Part shown: positions 1-14,212 of the stretch, in pieces
Layout of the letters: every line of letters begins with the position of its first letter
Numbering within the stretch: the first letter of the stretch is position 1
Assembly: GCF_009914755.1 (NCBI RefSeq)
Contig: NC_060929.1
Reading direction: 5' to 3' (one strand)
From: the human T2T-CHM13v2.0 reference genome, Homo sapiens
DNA length: 64,000 nt
Translations under genes and position numbers: made by a program
Notes under the pieces: generated by a model
Told to the model about the DNA's origin: nothing
Database searches by the model: none
The model's input: the letters and a program-made list of their open reading frames with translations, nothing else

Positions 1-304
1 ATTTATGGAATATTCTTTTATCTCTATTTCTCATATTTTACATGAGTATCAAATTTTGGGTTTTAAAGATGGAAAAATATATTTGCTAATCAGATTTACT
101 ATTTACAAACATTTAATAAATTAAATTGAAGAGATAATATGAACCAGTGATTACTTCGTAATTTAGAGAATAAACGTCAAAAAGCAAAAAAAAAAAAAAA
201 AAAAAAATAGAAAATTCAATTCCTTTAAGAATATTTGACATATTTAGACTCAGTATAAAATTTTACATTGCATAGCATTGTATTTTATTTTTCAAAAATA
301 AGGG

Positions 305-600
305 GGCGGGGCGTGGTGGCTCATGCCTGTAATCCTAGCACTTTGGTAGGCTGAGGTAAGCAGATCACTTGAGATCAGGAGTATGAAACCAGCTTGGCCA
401 ACATGGTGAAACCCTGTCTCTACTAAAAATACAAAAAAGTTGGCTGGGCATGGTGGCAGGTGCTTGTAAATCTAGCTACTCAGGAGGCTGAGGCAAGAGA
501 ATCTATTGAACCTGGGAGGCGGAGGTTGCAGTGAACCGAGATTGCACCACCGCACTGCAGCCTGGGCAAGACTCGGTCTCAAAAAATAAAAAAGTAAATA
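305..600 (+). mobile_element. Alu SINE (AluS-type), full length
   Basis: GGCGGGGCGTGGTGGCTCATGCCTGTAATCC start, dimeric structure with TACTAAAAATACAAAAAA linker, A-rich tail. Confidence 0.95.
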
Positions 601-1127
601 AATACATCTTAAGGAGATTCTGTGGAATACTTAAGTCTCAGAGAATATTATTTAAAGTATTCATAATGCATAATTCATTTAAGATGATACAATGTCCCAT
701 CTAATTCACCAAGGCAGGAAAGACATTATTGAGCTTGCTATCCTTTCTCTTGAGACTCATTGACACTATAGCCTGACAAAACAACTCAGTGTATTTTCTT
801 TGTATTTGATTTTTTAAATGTATTCTCTTATTTCTAGTTTAAAATTGATCCATAATCATTGCTAACAAGAGATCTGACAAGAAAAACAAAAACTGAAATA
901 TGAACATCAAGCCTCAATAAGCATAGCCCACAAATACAAGCTAATGTCTATGTACCCATTCATTCACTGAAATCACACAATTCCTTACATACCGTCATAA
1001 TTTTACAGTATTTCCATTTATGAAGGTTTAAAACAATTCTTAAGCAGTTTTCATTCCTATCCAACTTTTCACTTCAAGGTATTAAAACTACAATGGTGTT
1101 GGAAGGTGATAATAGTGATATGAAATA

Positions 1128-1902
1128 TGTATTATTCTGCTCTCACACTGCTATAAAGAACTGTCCGAGCCTGGATAATCAATATGGTTTGGCTGTGTCC
1201 CCACCCAAATCTCATCTTGAATTGCAGTAATCGAATTCCCATAATCCCCACTTGTCATGGGAGGGATCTGGTGGGAGGTAATTGAATCATGGGGATGGTT
1301 ACACTTATGATGCTGTTCTAGTGATAGTGAGTGAGTTCTCGTGAGATCTGTTGGTTGTATAAAGGGCTTTTTCTCCTTTTGCTTAGCTCTCATTCTGCTC
1401 TCTCCTGCTATCATGTGAAGAAGGACATGTTTGCTTCCCCTTCAACCATGATTATAAGTTTCCTGAGGCCTCCCCAGCCATGCTGAACTGTGAGTCAATT
1501 AAACTTCTTTCCTTTATAAATTACCCAGTATTGGGTATGTCTTTATTAGCAGCATGAGAATGGACAAATAAAGTAATTTACAAATAAATGAAGTTTAATC
1601 GACTCACAGTTCTGCATGGCTGGGGATGCCTCAAGAAACTTAACAATCATGATGGAGGGAGAAACAAACAACTTCTTCACAAGGTGGCCAGATCAAAAGA
1701 GAGAAAAGAGCAAAGGGGGAAGAGCCCCTTTTAAAACCTTCAGATCTCCTGGGAACTAACTCAATATCAAGACATTAGCATAGGGGCAAGTGCCCCCATG
1801 ATCCAATCACCTCCTACCAGGTCCTTCCCTCAACATGTGGGGATTACATGGGAATTACAATTTAAGATGGGATTTGAGTGAGGACACAGCCAAACCATAT
1901 CA
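1128..1902 (-). mobile_element. ERVL-MaLR solo LTR (THE1D/MSTA-like), interrupted by a second LTR at 1180-1572
   Basis: On + it begins TGTATTATTC...CACACTGCTATAAAG and ends GGACACAGCCAAACCATATCA (reverse complement of the TGATATGGTTTGGCTGTGTCC LTR start); flanks AAATA/AAAGA are a possible 5-bp TSD. Confidence 0.88.
1180..1572 (+). mobile_element. THE1 (THE1C-like) solo LTR nested in opposite orientation
   Basis: AATATGGTTTGGCTGTGTCCCCACCCAAATCTCATCTTGAATTG ... CTTTATTAGCAGCATGAGAATGGACAAATAAA; flanked by ATAAT/GTAAT. Confidence 0.9.
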
Positions 1903-2111
1903 AAAGACAAAGGCAAAAGCTAAAACACAGATTTTTAAAAATGTTTATGAAGTCTATCATTTGATTTAAAAATTTGAAAACTAGAACATGATATAAAAAA
2001 GAGTACATATCAGATATATGTTGTTTCATAATATAATAGATTCAGCTACATGAGTTGTTAATGACTGCGCAAATTTGGTTTGTCATGCAGACAAGTTGAA
2101 ATGAACCTAAA

Positions 2112-2492
2112 GATTGGGTGCAGTGGCTCATTCCTGTAATCCCAGCATTTTGGAAGGCCAAGGTGGAAGGATCACTTGAGCCCAGGATTTCAAGACTAGC
2201 CTGGGCAACATAGTGAGACCCTGTCTCTACAGAAAAAAAAAAAAAAGAAAAGAAAAAGAAATTATATGGGTGTGGTGGCATGTGCCTGTAGTCCCAGCTA
2301 CTTGAGGGGCTGAGGTGGGAGGACTGCTTGAGCCTGGGATAGTCTCAGCTTCTGAAGATGCTGAAGTGGGAGGATTTCTTGAGCCTGGGAGGTTGAGGCA
2401 GCAGTGAGTGGGATTGTGCCACTGCACTCCAGCCTGGATGGCAGGGCAAGGCCCTGTATCAAAAAAAAAAAAAAGAAAAAAAAAGAAAGAAA
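2112..2492 (+). mobile_element. AluJ with a ~51-bp internal tandem duplication in the right arm
   Basis: AluJ-type GAGCCCAGGA/GGGCAACATAGTGAGACC; segment TAGTCCCAGCT...GAGCCTGGGA present twice (2289-2339, 2340-2390); A tail. Confidence 0.9.
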
Positions 2493-3545
2493 AGACCTTG
2501 AATGTAAATTCTGAGGTATAATATGGAACTATGTATTTAGAACCTGAAAAAATTTACATATTTTGGCTAATTCCGTTATAGAAATTAAACTAAGAAAAAA
2601 TCAGAAATACAAAACAATTTGAACAAAACGACTATAGCAATGTTGGTAGTAGCAATAGAAATAAACAAAAGAGCCAAACATAATAATTTAGATGAATAAA
2701 TTTTGATATGACCATTAAAGATATAAGGGCTTTAAATAGCATGATATTGAAATACTTAAGTTTATTAAAACATTCAATGATGTATTATCAGGTGCAAAAT
2801 TTGTTCAAAATCCACACATATGCAATATATACCATAAAATGGTTGTACTTATAGAGTACATTTGCTTAAAGGAATATTTATCAAAGTTTTTGTGGAGATT
2901 ATCTATGAGTGGGGGGATTGCATGATATCTTTATTTTGTAGTTTATATGTTTTCTATACCCGCGTTTTAAACAATAGATCTATCTCACTCTATGAAGAAT
3001 AAAATAAAATTAAATTAAAAATGCAAGCATAACAATGCCATAAGCTATTTTATAAAAACACAAGTTTCAATCCTCTGGAAATGTATAATAAACATAAGTC
3101 TTATGTGTATACAAGTGAATAAATGTAGCCACATATGTAGGAATATAATGGGACCTACATAGAGTGGATTTTCTCCACAATTCTGACAAATAAGAAAAAC
3201 TCTAAATCTGAACTTTGCTGTATTCAATGTTTTAAATGGCTTGATGACTTTACATAAACTATATCTGACTTTACTATATGTTTAAAATATGGAAACACAC
3301 TCCCCTGATACAGGAAATGACAAGCAGATAATTATAATTTGTAGATTTAATAAATAGCATTATATGTTAGCAAAATATCTATTAAAGTTGAATCAGTGTG
3401 CTAGAATTACAGGAGTGATTTATTAGATTTCTTTTATTCTGATAATTACTGGGGAAAAGTACAAAAACTATACAGTATGTCAACAGTTTCACTGTCCTGA
3501 AGGCTACATTTCTCCACCAGGTTACATTTAAGGAGGAAGGAGGAA

Positions 3546-3608
3546 GAGAGAGGCAGGTAGAAAGAGAGAGGCAGGTAGAAAGAGAGAGGCAGGTAGAAAG
3601 AGACAGGT
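3546..3608. repeat. 18-bp purine-rich minisatellite (GAGAGAGGCAGGTAGAAA) x3 plus a partial unit
   Basis: Three exact copies read directly. Confidence 0.92.
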
Positions 3609-5469
3609 GTGAGGTTCTTGTGGGAACAAAAGTGCAACTGGACAGAGGACAGGATTTCCTAGTGTATTGTCCCGCCATGTCAATAAACAGCTACCTCTCT
3701 CCCAGCGACACTTAACATGACAGAGACAGTGTGCATGCAGTACAACAGAACACACAATTTGCTTTTCTTTTACTACAATGACAAAAACCTGTAGTAAATA
3801 CAAACAGATGGTATGTGGCTTTCATAAAAAAAGAAAAAGGCTTTCAGGAGAGAAAACGAATAAATTTTGTTGTGTGAGTTTGAACTTCGTACTATACACA
3901 CTACTTTGATTTATATATAAAAAGATAATTTGTTTAAAAGATTGAAAGAAAGGCAACAGAAAGATCATTTGTGAAACCTGGTATATCAGTGGAGGTTATT
4001 CGTCATTAAAACATACTATATGCTTATTTCTGGACAGCTGTTGTGTTCAGATTATTTAATTCAATTATGATGAGATTAAAAATAATATATCCAATAATGC
4101 TCTTGCTCAGAGAGAAAAACATGTCACAATTTCATGGATATTAGTTAGGCTTCTAATCTTTAATCACTAAAAGTATGAAGGCCTGAGAGAAGATTAAGAG
4201 CTCATAAATCTGGATAAGAAAGAGAAAGGTTTATCACATTCAATGTTATATCAGCTATCCACATAATTGTATATTCCAACTGGATGTTATAGATTGGTTA
4301 TTTTCTTCTATATACAATACCTGAAGCATGGAGATGATATATTTAGCAAATCACCATATCAGTCACATGGTATAAAGAAAGTAGCAAAATTGCTAAATCA
4401 TTAAAAGAAAAAACAATTATTTTTCTTAATAAAGGGATTCTATATGTAGAAAATTTTACTGATGGAAATCAGCTCAAAGCCTGTTTTTTTTCTGGAGCAG
4501 ATTTTCTTTCCAATAGTAAACTACTAGTTATTATTTTCAAGAGTTATATATGCGTGCTTATTCACCTACAATAAATAATGAAGAAATAGATAAAGAATTT
4601 CACTTCATTAACATAGTGATGAGCTATTTTAAAGTCATTTCAGAGTATTCTCATACTTTGAGAGTTTATTTTAAAATAAAACATAATAAAAGATGGCTAC
4701 ATAACAAAAATTACAGTTATATTGAACGTACATAATTGTTAATATCAAATATTAGTGAAAAAATGTACTAATACCAAACCCATTAATTAAAATTTATAGC
4801 ACATCCATATAATATATTTGCAACAAGACCAGGTCTAGGTGACATAAAAAAGAAAATAATAATGTCATATTTATTCTGAAGCAGTATGCACTACACTTAG
4901 GTTTAAAAGAAAAAAATGTAAAAAAAATCTATAATAAAGGAAAGTGAGAATGAATGCTATAAAAGCTATAGTAAACTAAATAGGAGAGATTAACGATATT
5001 GATGTGATAGTTACTTGATTCAGAAATTTGCATCTAAAGGATACATTAATTACAAAAATGAAAAAAATAGAAACAGATTAGAGGAGAAATATTCAATATT
5101 ATTTTAGACTTTTGACCTTAAAGAAATCATGGTGATTCCAATGTTATAATTAGAAAAATATAGAAGATTCATTCAACTGTTAAGAATAGAAATGATGATG
5201 AAACCTGTTTTACTGAGTGCCTTCTGTGTGCTTGACACTGTGTTCTGTTCTAGAATCATAAAATTTTCATTCTTTTGGTTTGTGTTGTACATATTGTACA
5301 GAGAGCAAATTATATAACTTGCCTGTGGTGATATAAACTTTAATGTTACTAAGCTTCAAAACAATTTGTGACTGATTCTCACATTCATACTTATATAAAA
5401 TCATGTTGGTCTCAGAAAAATAGAAGATGGCATAGCACATATTTTCATTTACATCATAAGGAACACTGA

Positions 5470-7669
<2,200 letters not shown>

Positions 7670-9408
7670 AAAAGAAGGTGTCCTAAAGAGTTTATAAATT
7701 AACACCTTATTATAGTAATATAAACATTTAAAAATCCAAGAATGTTTTACATCCAATAAGTTTAAGGAGTAGAACAGTATAAGACAGTGGAGAAGATCTG
7801 CTCATTGGTGGAAATAAAAGACCAGATTAGAGGTTAAAGGACAGAGCTAGATACATGGAGCACTAAAATTACATGAGTGATAACCATGAAAGTTGATGAG
7901 CTGAACAGGGGAGTGAGAAACAAATGGTCAATAAAGAACCATTGAGAAACACCTACCGCTCCAGGGCAGCAAGAATAAAAAAGGCTCAGAATGAAATAGA
8001 CAGAAAGAAGCAAATTCATCAATGAATAAATTATAATAAATTATAGTATTAATACATATTATATATAAATATCACAAGAATATAAACATGAATAATAAGT
8101 ATTTTCCCTAAAAATTACTGATACTGCCATGGTACAGTCATCTTTATATTTATAATTTGTTAATAATAAATGTCATGCATTTCCATATTTAAAATTAAAT
8201 TTAGCAATAAGAGAGGATATCCTTCTGTTCAATATATATTTAAGCATTTTACACTTTTGCAGGAATATTTTTCATTTAAGATCACAAGTGAAAAATCAAA
8301 ATTTTAAAATATAGTTAGGTAAATTGGTATATTATATAGGAAACTCCCTAAATCATTATCTTAAGGTTTTGGAACTATTACTGTATTACGTTTTCTTTTA
8401 AAAGGCTATGTAGTGTTGTGGGTAAACCGAAGACAACTATAAAAAACCTAAATGAAGAAATATTTAAATGCTAAGTTCACGAGACTCATGGGAATACAGT
8501 TCATAAGATTTTTTGAAAATCCCTATCAGGAAAATAATTATTCATACATTTATTTATACCGTAAAATAATATTTAATCTTTGAGATTAAATATTATTCTA
8601 CATATATTAAATATATATAAGTGTTTAAAATAATAAAGAAGATAGAAAAAAATAGAATTTTAGTGAAAACTAACTTGTTGACATATATAGGTAATACAGA
8701 AAACTTTTTAAAAACAGATAGTGAAGAATATCTCCATTGGAGACGGAGTGATGCTATTTTACAAGAAAACAAAATACATTATTAAAGTTTGTGCAGCAAT
8801 CCCATATTTCTTCTCTAGCTGCTGGAGCATAAGTCTTTCTTATTTTTAGATTTTATTCTAAAAGAAATATATTTTTAACATGATGTCTTGAAAATAGCTC
8901 ATTTTAAAGCAAATTAATCCATTTTAACCCTAATTAAAGCAAAGCATGCTTATTGATGAAATGCTAGTCTACCAGACAAAAATAAAGTAAAATTCTGAAA
9001 ATATTCAGAATATATAATAGAACTGGTATCCAGTTTGCTTGTTCTCAAGTAAATATCATAAAAATAACATTTTCCAGTATAAAATAACCATTAAAATAGA
9101 AGTACTCAAAAGTGACTTGCACCTTCAATTGTTCAAGAGCTAATGTATAGGGATGAATTCACATACATCACTTATAAACCTAATCAGCAAAAAAAGTTCA
9201 ATGCCACAGAAAAGTTTTGTTAGAAGCAAAGTTTAAAATATATTACCAGAGCTTCACATATTAATTTAATGTATATATAAAAAGATAGTTTGTTTAAAAG
9301 AATGAAAGGCAACAGAAAGATCATTTGCGAAACTTGGTACATCAGTGGAGGTTATTGGTCATTAAAACATACTATGAAACATAAAACATACCATGAAACC
9401 TACTATAT

Positions 9409-9690
9409 GAAAGCCAAATACTGCATGTTCTCACTTATAAATGGGAGCTAAATGATGAGAACATATGGACACATAGAGGAGAACAACACACACTGGGACC
9501 TTTCCGAAGGTGGAGGGTGGAAGGAGGAAGACAGGATCAAGAAAAACAATTAATGAGTACTATGCTTAATACCTGGGTGATGAAATAATTGGTACAACAA
9601 ACCTCCATGACACAAGTTTACCTATGTAACAAACGTAACTTGTGCCTCTAAACTTAAACGTTAAAAAAAAAAAGAGAGAGAGAGAGAAAG
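9409..9690 (+). mobile_element. Older L1PA (L1PA13-16-like) 3' end fragment
   Basis: AAGCCAAATACTGCATGTTCTCACTTATAAATGGGAGCTAAATGATGAG...ACAAACCTCCATGACACAAGTTTACC, then A and (GA)n tail. Confidence 0.88.
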
Positions 9691-10401
9691 AAATGTGAAT
9701 CAAGGTGATCTGCCAAATAGTGCAATAATTTAGCTTCACCATCGGAGTCTCCATTATACCAGTAAGAACTACATATAAAGGGAAACCTAGTTTTAAAAAA
9801 TACAAATGTGCTTTCTGAGGTCTAAACTACCATTCTTTGGTTGTCAATAACTGTATTTGTACTAAGTAAACAAAGATGATACAAAGAAAATGCGATATTC
9901 TTTTGGTGGTGGCATTATCTGCAAATGGCATTTCAAACCTGATTCATGCTTTAAATATGATGAACAAATTGAATGAGTTTGTTTATTTTTAGCACAGCCT
10001 TTGTTTTTCTCATTTATATATTATCCTCACAAGTTGCAAAGCAAAATTTGTTTCCTTAGCATCTTGAAATAAATATACTTAGTATATTGTATTTATACTG
10101 CATCTTACCATTCTACTTGCAAAACTATTAAAGTAAATCAAGAAAATGTTCACTAAATGTCAAAATTACTAAGTCTATAAATTCAGAAAGCTTTTCAATT
10201 TTCTACCATTGAAAGTCTGCATCCAAATGGTAAAAGTTGTTTTCAAACAGTTAGAAAAATGAAGGTGGTGCATTATCAATAAAGCGAAAGTGGCAAATTA
10301 AAACAATTGATGACTCCAGTTTAAGAGTATGAATGTTCACTGCATTATTCTTTCAAATTTTACTGTAGTTTTAAAGATTAAAAATATAGCTTGGGGAATA
10401 A

Positions 10402-11230
10402 TACAATGAGATACCACTACATACCTGCCAAAATGACTAAAATGAATAAGACAGACAATAACAAAAATATATCTCATAATGGTGTAGGAACATAAATTAG
10501 TAGAACCACTTTGGAATATGATTTGTCTTTATCTATTAAAGCTGAATATATACATAACTTATAACATAACAATTCTACTTACAATATACACTCAGGAAAA
10601 AGGCACACATATGTTCTCCAAAAGTCAAATACAAGACTGTTCACAGTTATATTATTTGTAATAGTTTTTAATAGAAATAGTAAATAGAATAGTAGTAAAT
10701 AGTAAATACAACAGTAAATATACCGTAAATTATCCATTCTACTACTGAAGGGCTTTTGTGCCGTTTCTATTATTATCTGAAGTAATAGTCAATAATATTA
10801 ATTAATAATATTACAGTTAATCGTTAATAAAAGAAATGGCACAAAAGCCTTTCAGTAGTAGAACAAATAACTTACGGTATATTTATAAAATGGAATAATC
10901 TACAGGAATGAAAATGCATAAACAACTGATTAATTCCACAAAATGGATGCTTTTAACAAAAGTAATGTTAAAAAGCCAATGGAAAAACACTGTGGAAATA
11001 TTTTTCAATGGAAAAATACTGTATAATTTGGTTTATTTTAAATACACAGGCAAATGCCACATATAATGTTAGAAGTGAGGATAAAAAGGTTATATCTGGG
11101 GAAGAGAATAGGACTGTAAAAGTGCAAAAGGTAGGCTTCAGGAATGCAGGTAATATTCCATTTTGTAAGAGTGGTGGTTACCTGTGTATGGTATTCACTT
11201 GTGTCCTATTATCTATGTACGATGTACTTC
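10402..11230 (+). mobile_element. Ancient L1M (L1MC/L1ME-like) 3' region
   Basis: ACAATGAGATACCACTAC..AAAATGACTAAAAT, AACCACTTTGGAA, TATTATTTGTAATAG, ATGGAATAATCTACAG motifs; highly diverged. Confidence 0.7.
10715..10885. repeat. Inverted repeat with 61-bp arms (10715-10775, 10825-10885) and a 49-bp AT-rich spacer
   Basis: Manual comparison of the reverse complement: 54/61 identical. Confidence 0.9.
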
Positions 11231-11419
11231 AAATTTATTTTCTGAGATATAGTATGGGCTGTGCAGCAGGAAATCTCTTAAACCTTGGAAATCCAAAGGT
11301 AAGTGAATGCTCAATATCCTGGGTTAAGGAAGGTTTACTTTTTACTTGGAGGTGAGAAAAAAGGAAAGGAATAAGCTAATAAACAGTATTGAAGAACATG
11401 GAAAAAGTTGGCTAGTGTG

Positions 11420-12060
11420 ATGGAGAACTACTTTAGGGAAAAGGGTTCTGTTTTTAATAGGATGAGAAGAGCATGAAGGACAAGAAGCTTACCATAAAAA
11501 ATATGAGAGAAGGACATTTCAGACTAAAGGAACAAGCCAGTTCAACTGCTTAGCATATTTGAGGAGGGGAAAGTATAAAACTGTCACTTAATGAGCATAG
11601 ATAGGGATCAAGTTGGAGAGGAAGGCTAGATGAGAATATAAAGTTTTTGAGGTGATGGCAAGAATTTAGCCCCCTGTTTTTCATATTGGGATCCTTGGAA
11701 GAGTTTTGAAAGAGAGGAACAACATCTACTGATTTACACTTAGAGGGAGTATTTGCTGATTGTCATATGAATATATGAATGATTCGAGAAGGGTATTTGA
11801 TGATGCAAGCCAAATGAAATAAATCATTATAGAAGAGATCATGGTGATTTGAACCAGTAGGGTGGTAGCAAAGATACACATAGTGAACATATTTTTAAAA
11901 TATTTTAGGGTTAGAACATATAGGATCTGACAGTGGTAGGAGGTATAAGGGTGACAAAGGTGTAAAGGATCTTTCTCAGTTTTCAGACTGGTACAAATGG
12001 GATCATTTACTCAGATGTCAGAAACATGTTAAATCTGAGCAGAGTAAATAGGCGGTGTTG
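11420..12060 (-). mobile_element. L2 fragments (ancient)
   Basis: Purine-rich degenerate motifs typical of antisense L2 (GATTTACACTTAGAGG, GATCATGGTGATTTGAACCAG..GGTGGTAGC); boundaries approximate. Confidence 0.5.
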
Positions 12061-12093
12061 TCCCTGGATGTGTTTTAAAGATGGAAGTTTCCA

Positions 12094-12434
<341 letters not shown>

Positions 12435-12699
12435 TCAGGGAGGGTATGGGGACAGAATCCTGAGAAGGAGGTGCAGATATAGCAGGCATTGTCCTTCATT
12501 ATAATTTGAATAGAGGCAAGAGATAGGAATATTGGTACTAGTTCATATAGATTGGTGGAAGTGAGCTTGTCACTGTCCCGTTGATTTAGCAAATTTATTT
12601 CTGAAATGTGATATGAGCCCATCAGCTGGGATCCAGGGTGCAGGGGGTGTGGGTGCTGGCCTGTGAAGAGGCATTATGGATGGAAGAGGAAAGCTGGGC

Positions 12700-12830
12700 A
12701 TGCTCCATTCTGACCCGGCTACTTTTAAGTAAGTGTGTCCCGTAGGGCCATCTAGGAACTCTATGACTTAAATGTACTCTTCTACAAAATGAAGTTAACA
12801 ATATCTACCTACACTCCTGTGCAGTAGGCC
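12700..12830 (+). mobile_element. MIR fragment
   Basis: Degenerate MIR core (..CTCTTCTACAAAATGAAGTTAACAATATCTACCT). Confidence 0.45.
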
Positions 12831-14179
12831 AAGAAGGAAATGTCATATAAAAAATGATTACTACATGTTGAGGTTCCAGAGAAAACTGGCAGTTAATCTG
12901 GTTGACTATGCATGCACAAGTAAATTATAAATGATACATTATATAAATATAACATTAACTAAATCAATAAGTTATATAAAATCTCAGTTCAAAGTATACA
13001 TTTTACTTAAATAATTTCTATGATTTTTTCAGCATACCATGTCTCCACATCGTACTTAATAAAAATTATGTTAAATTTGTATATTTTTGTACAATGAAAC
13101 TCATTTTGCCAAAATAATATACTTTTATGTGTCATAAAGCTGTAATTTTCTTAGGTAGTGATTTTTAAATAAAATTCAATATGTTGGGAAAAAATTGAGT
13201 AGTGCTAGATGAAAAATAAGTATGAAGAAAAGTAAATGATGAGGTTTGTAGGAGGATTGTGTACTACAAAAATATCTGAGTGAATGTATTTTCAATGAAA
13301 GGCAAGGTCTAGGTTGAGCATTTAGAGCAGAAAGTTCAATAATAATTAAACACGATTTGATTTGAGGCAATTGTTATTTTAAATATTTTATGTCTCTCAG
13401 GAAATCAAATTTTTATAAATAATACTTTTTTGCTGTTGGTAATAAATTAGAGATATAAACACATATTAGCTAAGAACAAACTATTATTGTAGAGTTTATT
13501 GATTAGAACAATCTGGTTTTTCCATTTAGTTAATGTGTTACTTTTTCATTTTAAATGTTTGGCATTTCTTTTAGTAAAAGAATGGCTATCATTTCTAGGA
13601 TGCTGACAAAGTGTCCTAGTTTACTTCTTTCTGAAAGCACAATTTTACACTTGGAAGAGTCAGCACATCCAGGATGCTAATACCAAATTTAAGTGTTAAA
13701 AATAACCTTTTTGCATACACATTAAATCCTCTTTAGCACTGGACTGAAAATGGAGTGAGATGATTTCTCAGAGAAACAGCTATTCCTAACGGTTACTTAT
13801 TTCCAGAGTCACAGTCACACAAGAACTGCCTCTGAAGTTGGCGAGAGCACCTCATCTGAAACGGTGATTCATACTTAGCAAATTTCGACCCAGTGAAATT
13901 CATATTCTATTGATTCTTATTGTTTCATGCTTCTTTTCCCTTTTATTACCTGAGTGAGTGTTAAATGGCTCAAATTAAATAATTCTTAATTAAACTTCCA
14001 TAAATTCTGTTTAAAAACTCTGAAGAAAAACTATTTTAAATTTTACTTTACATAATACATTAAAAAGATCTAGGAAAATAAAGGTCTTTAGATATCACAG
14101 ACAATGCAAAAAGCTCACAGATTCTGGCAATCTACATAATTACAGAAAAAAGAGTTGAGGGGAAAAACACATTTTATCT

Positions 14180-14212
14180 ACACACACACACAAACACGCA
14201 CATACACACACA
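14180..14212. repeat. Imperfect (CA)n microsatellite
   Basis: Read directly. Confidence 0.85.
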
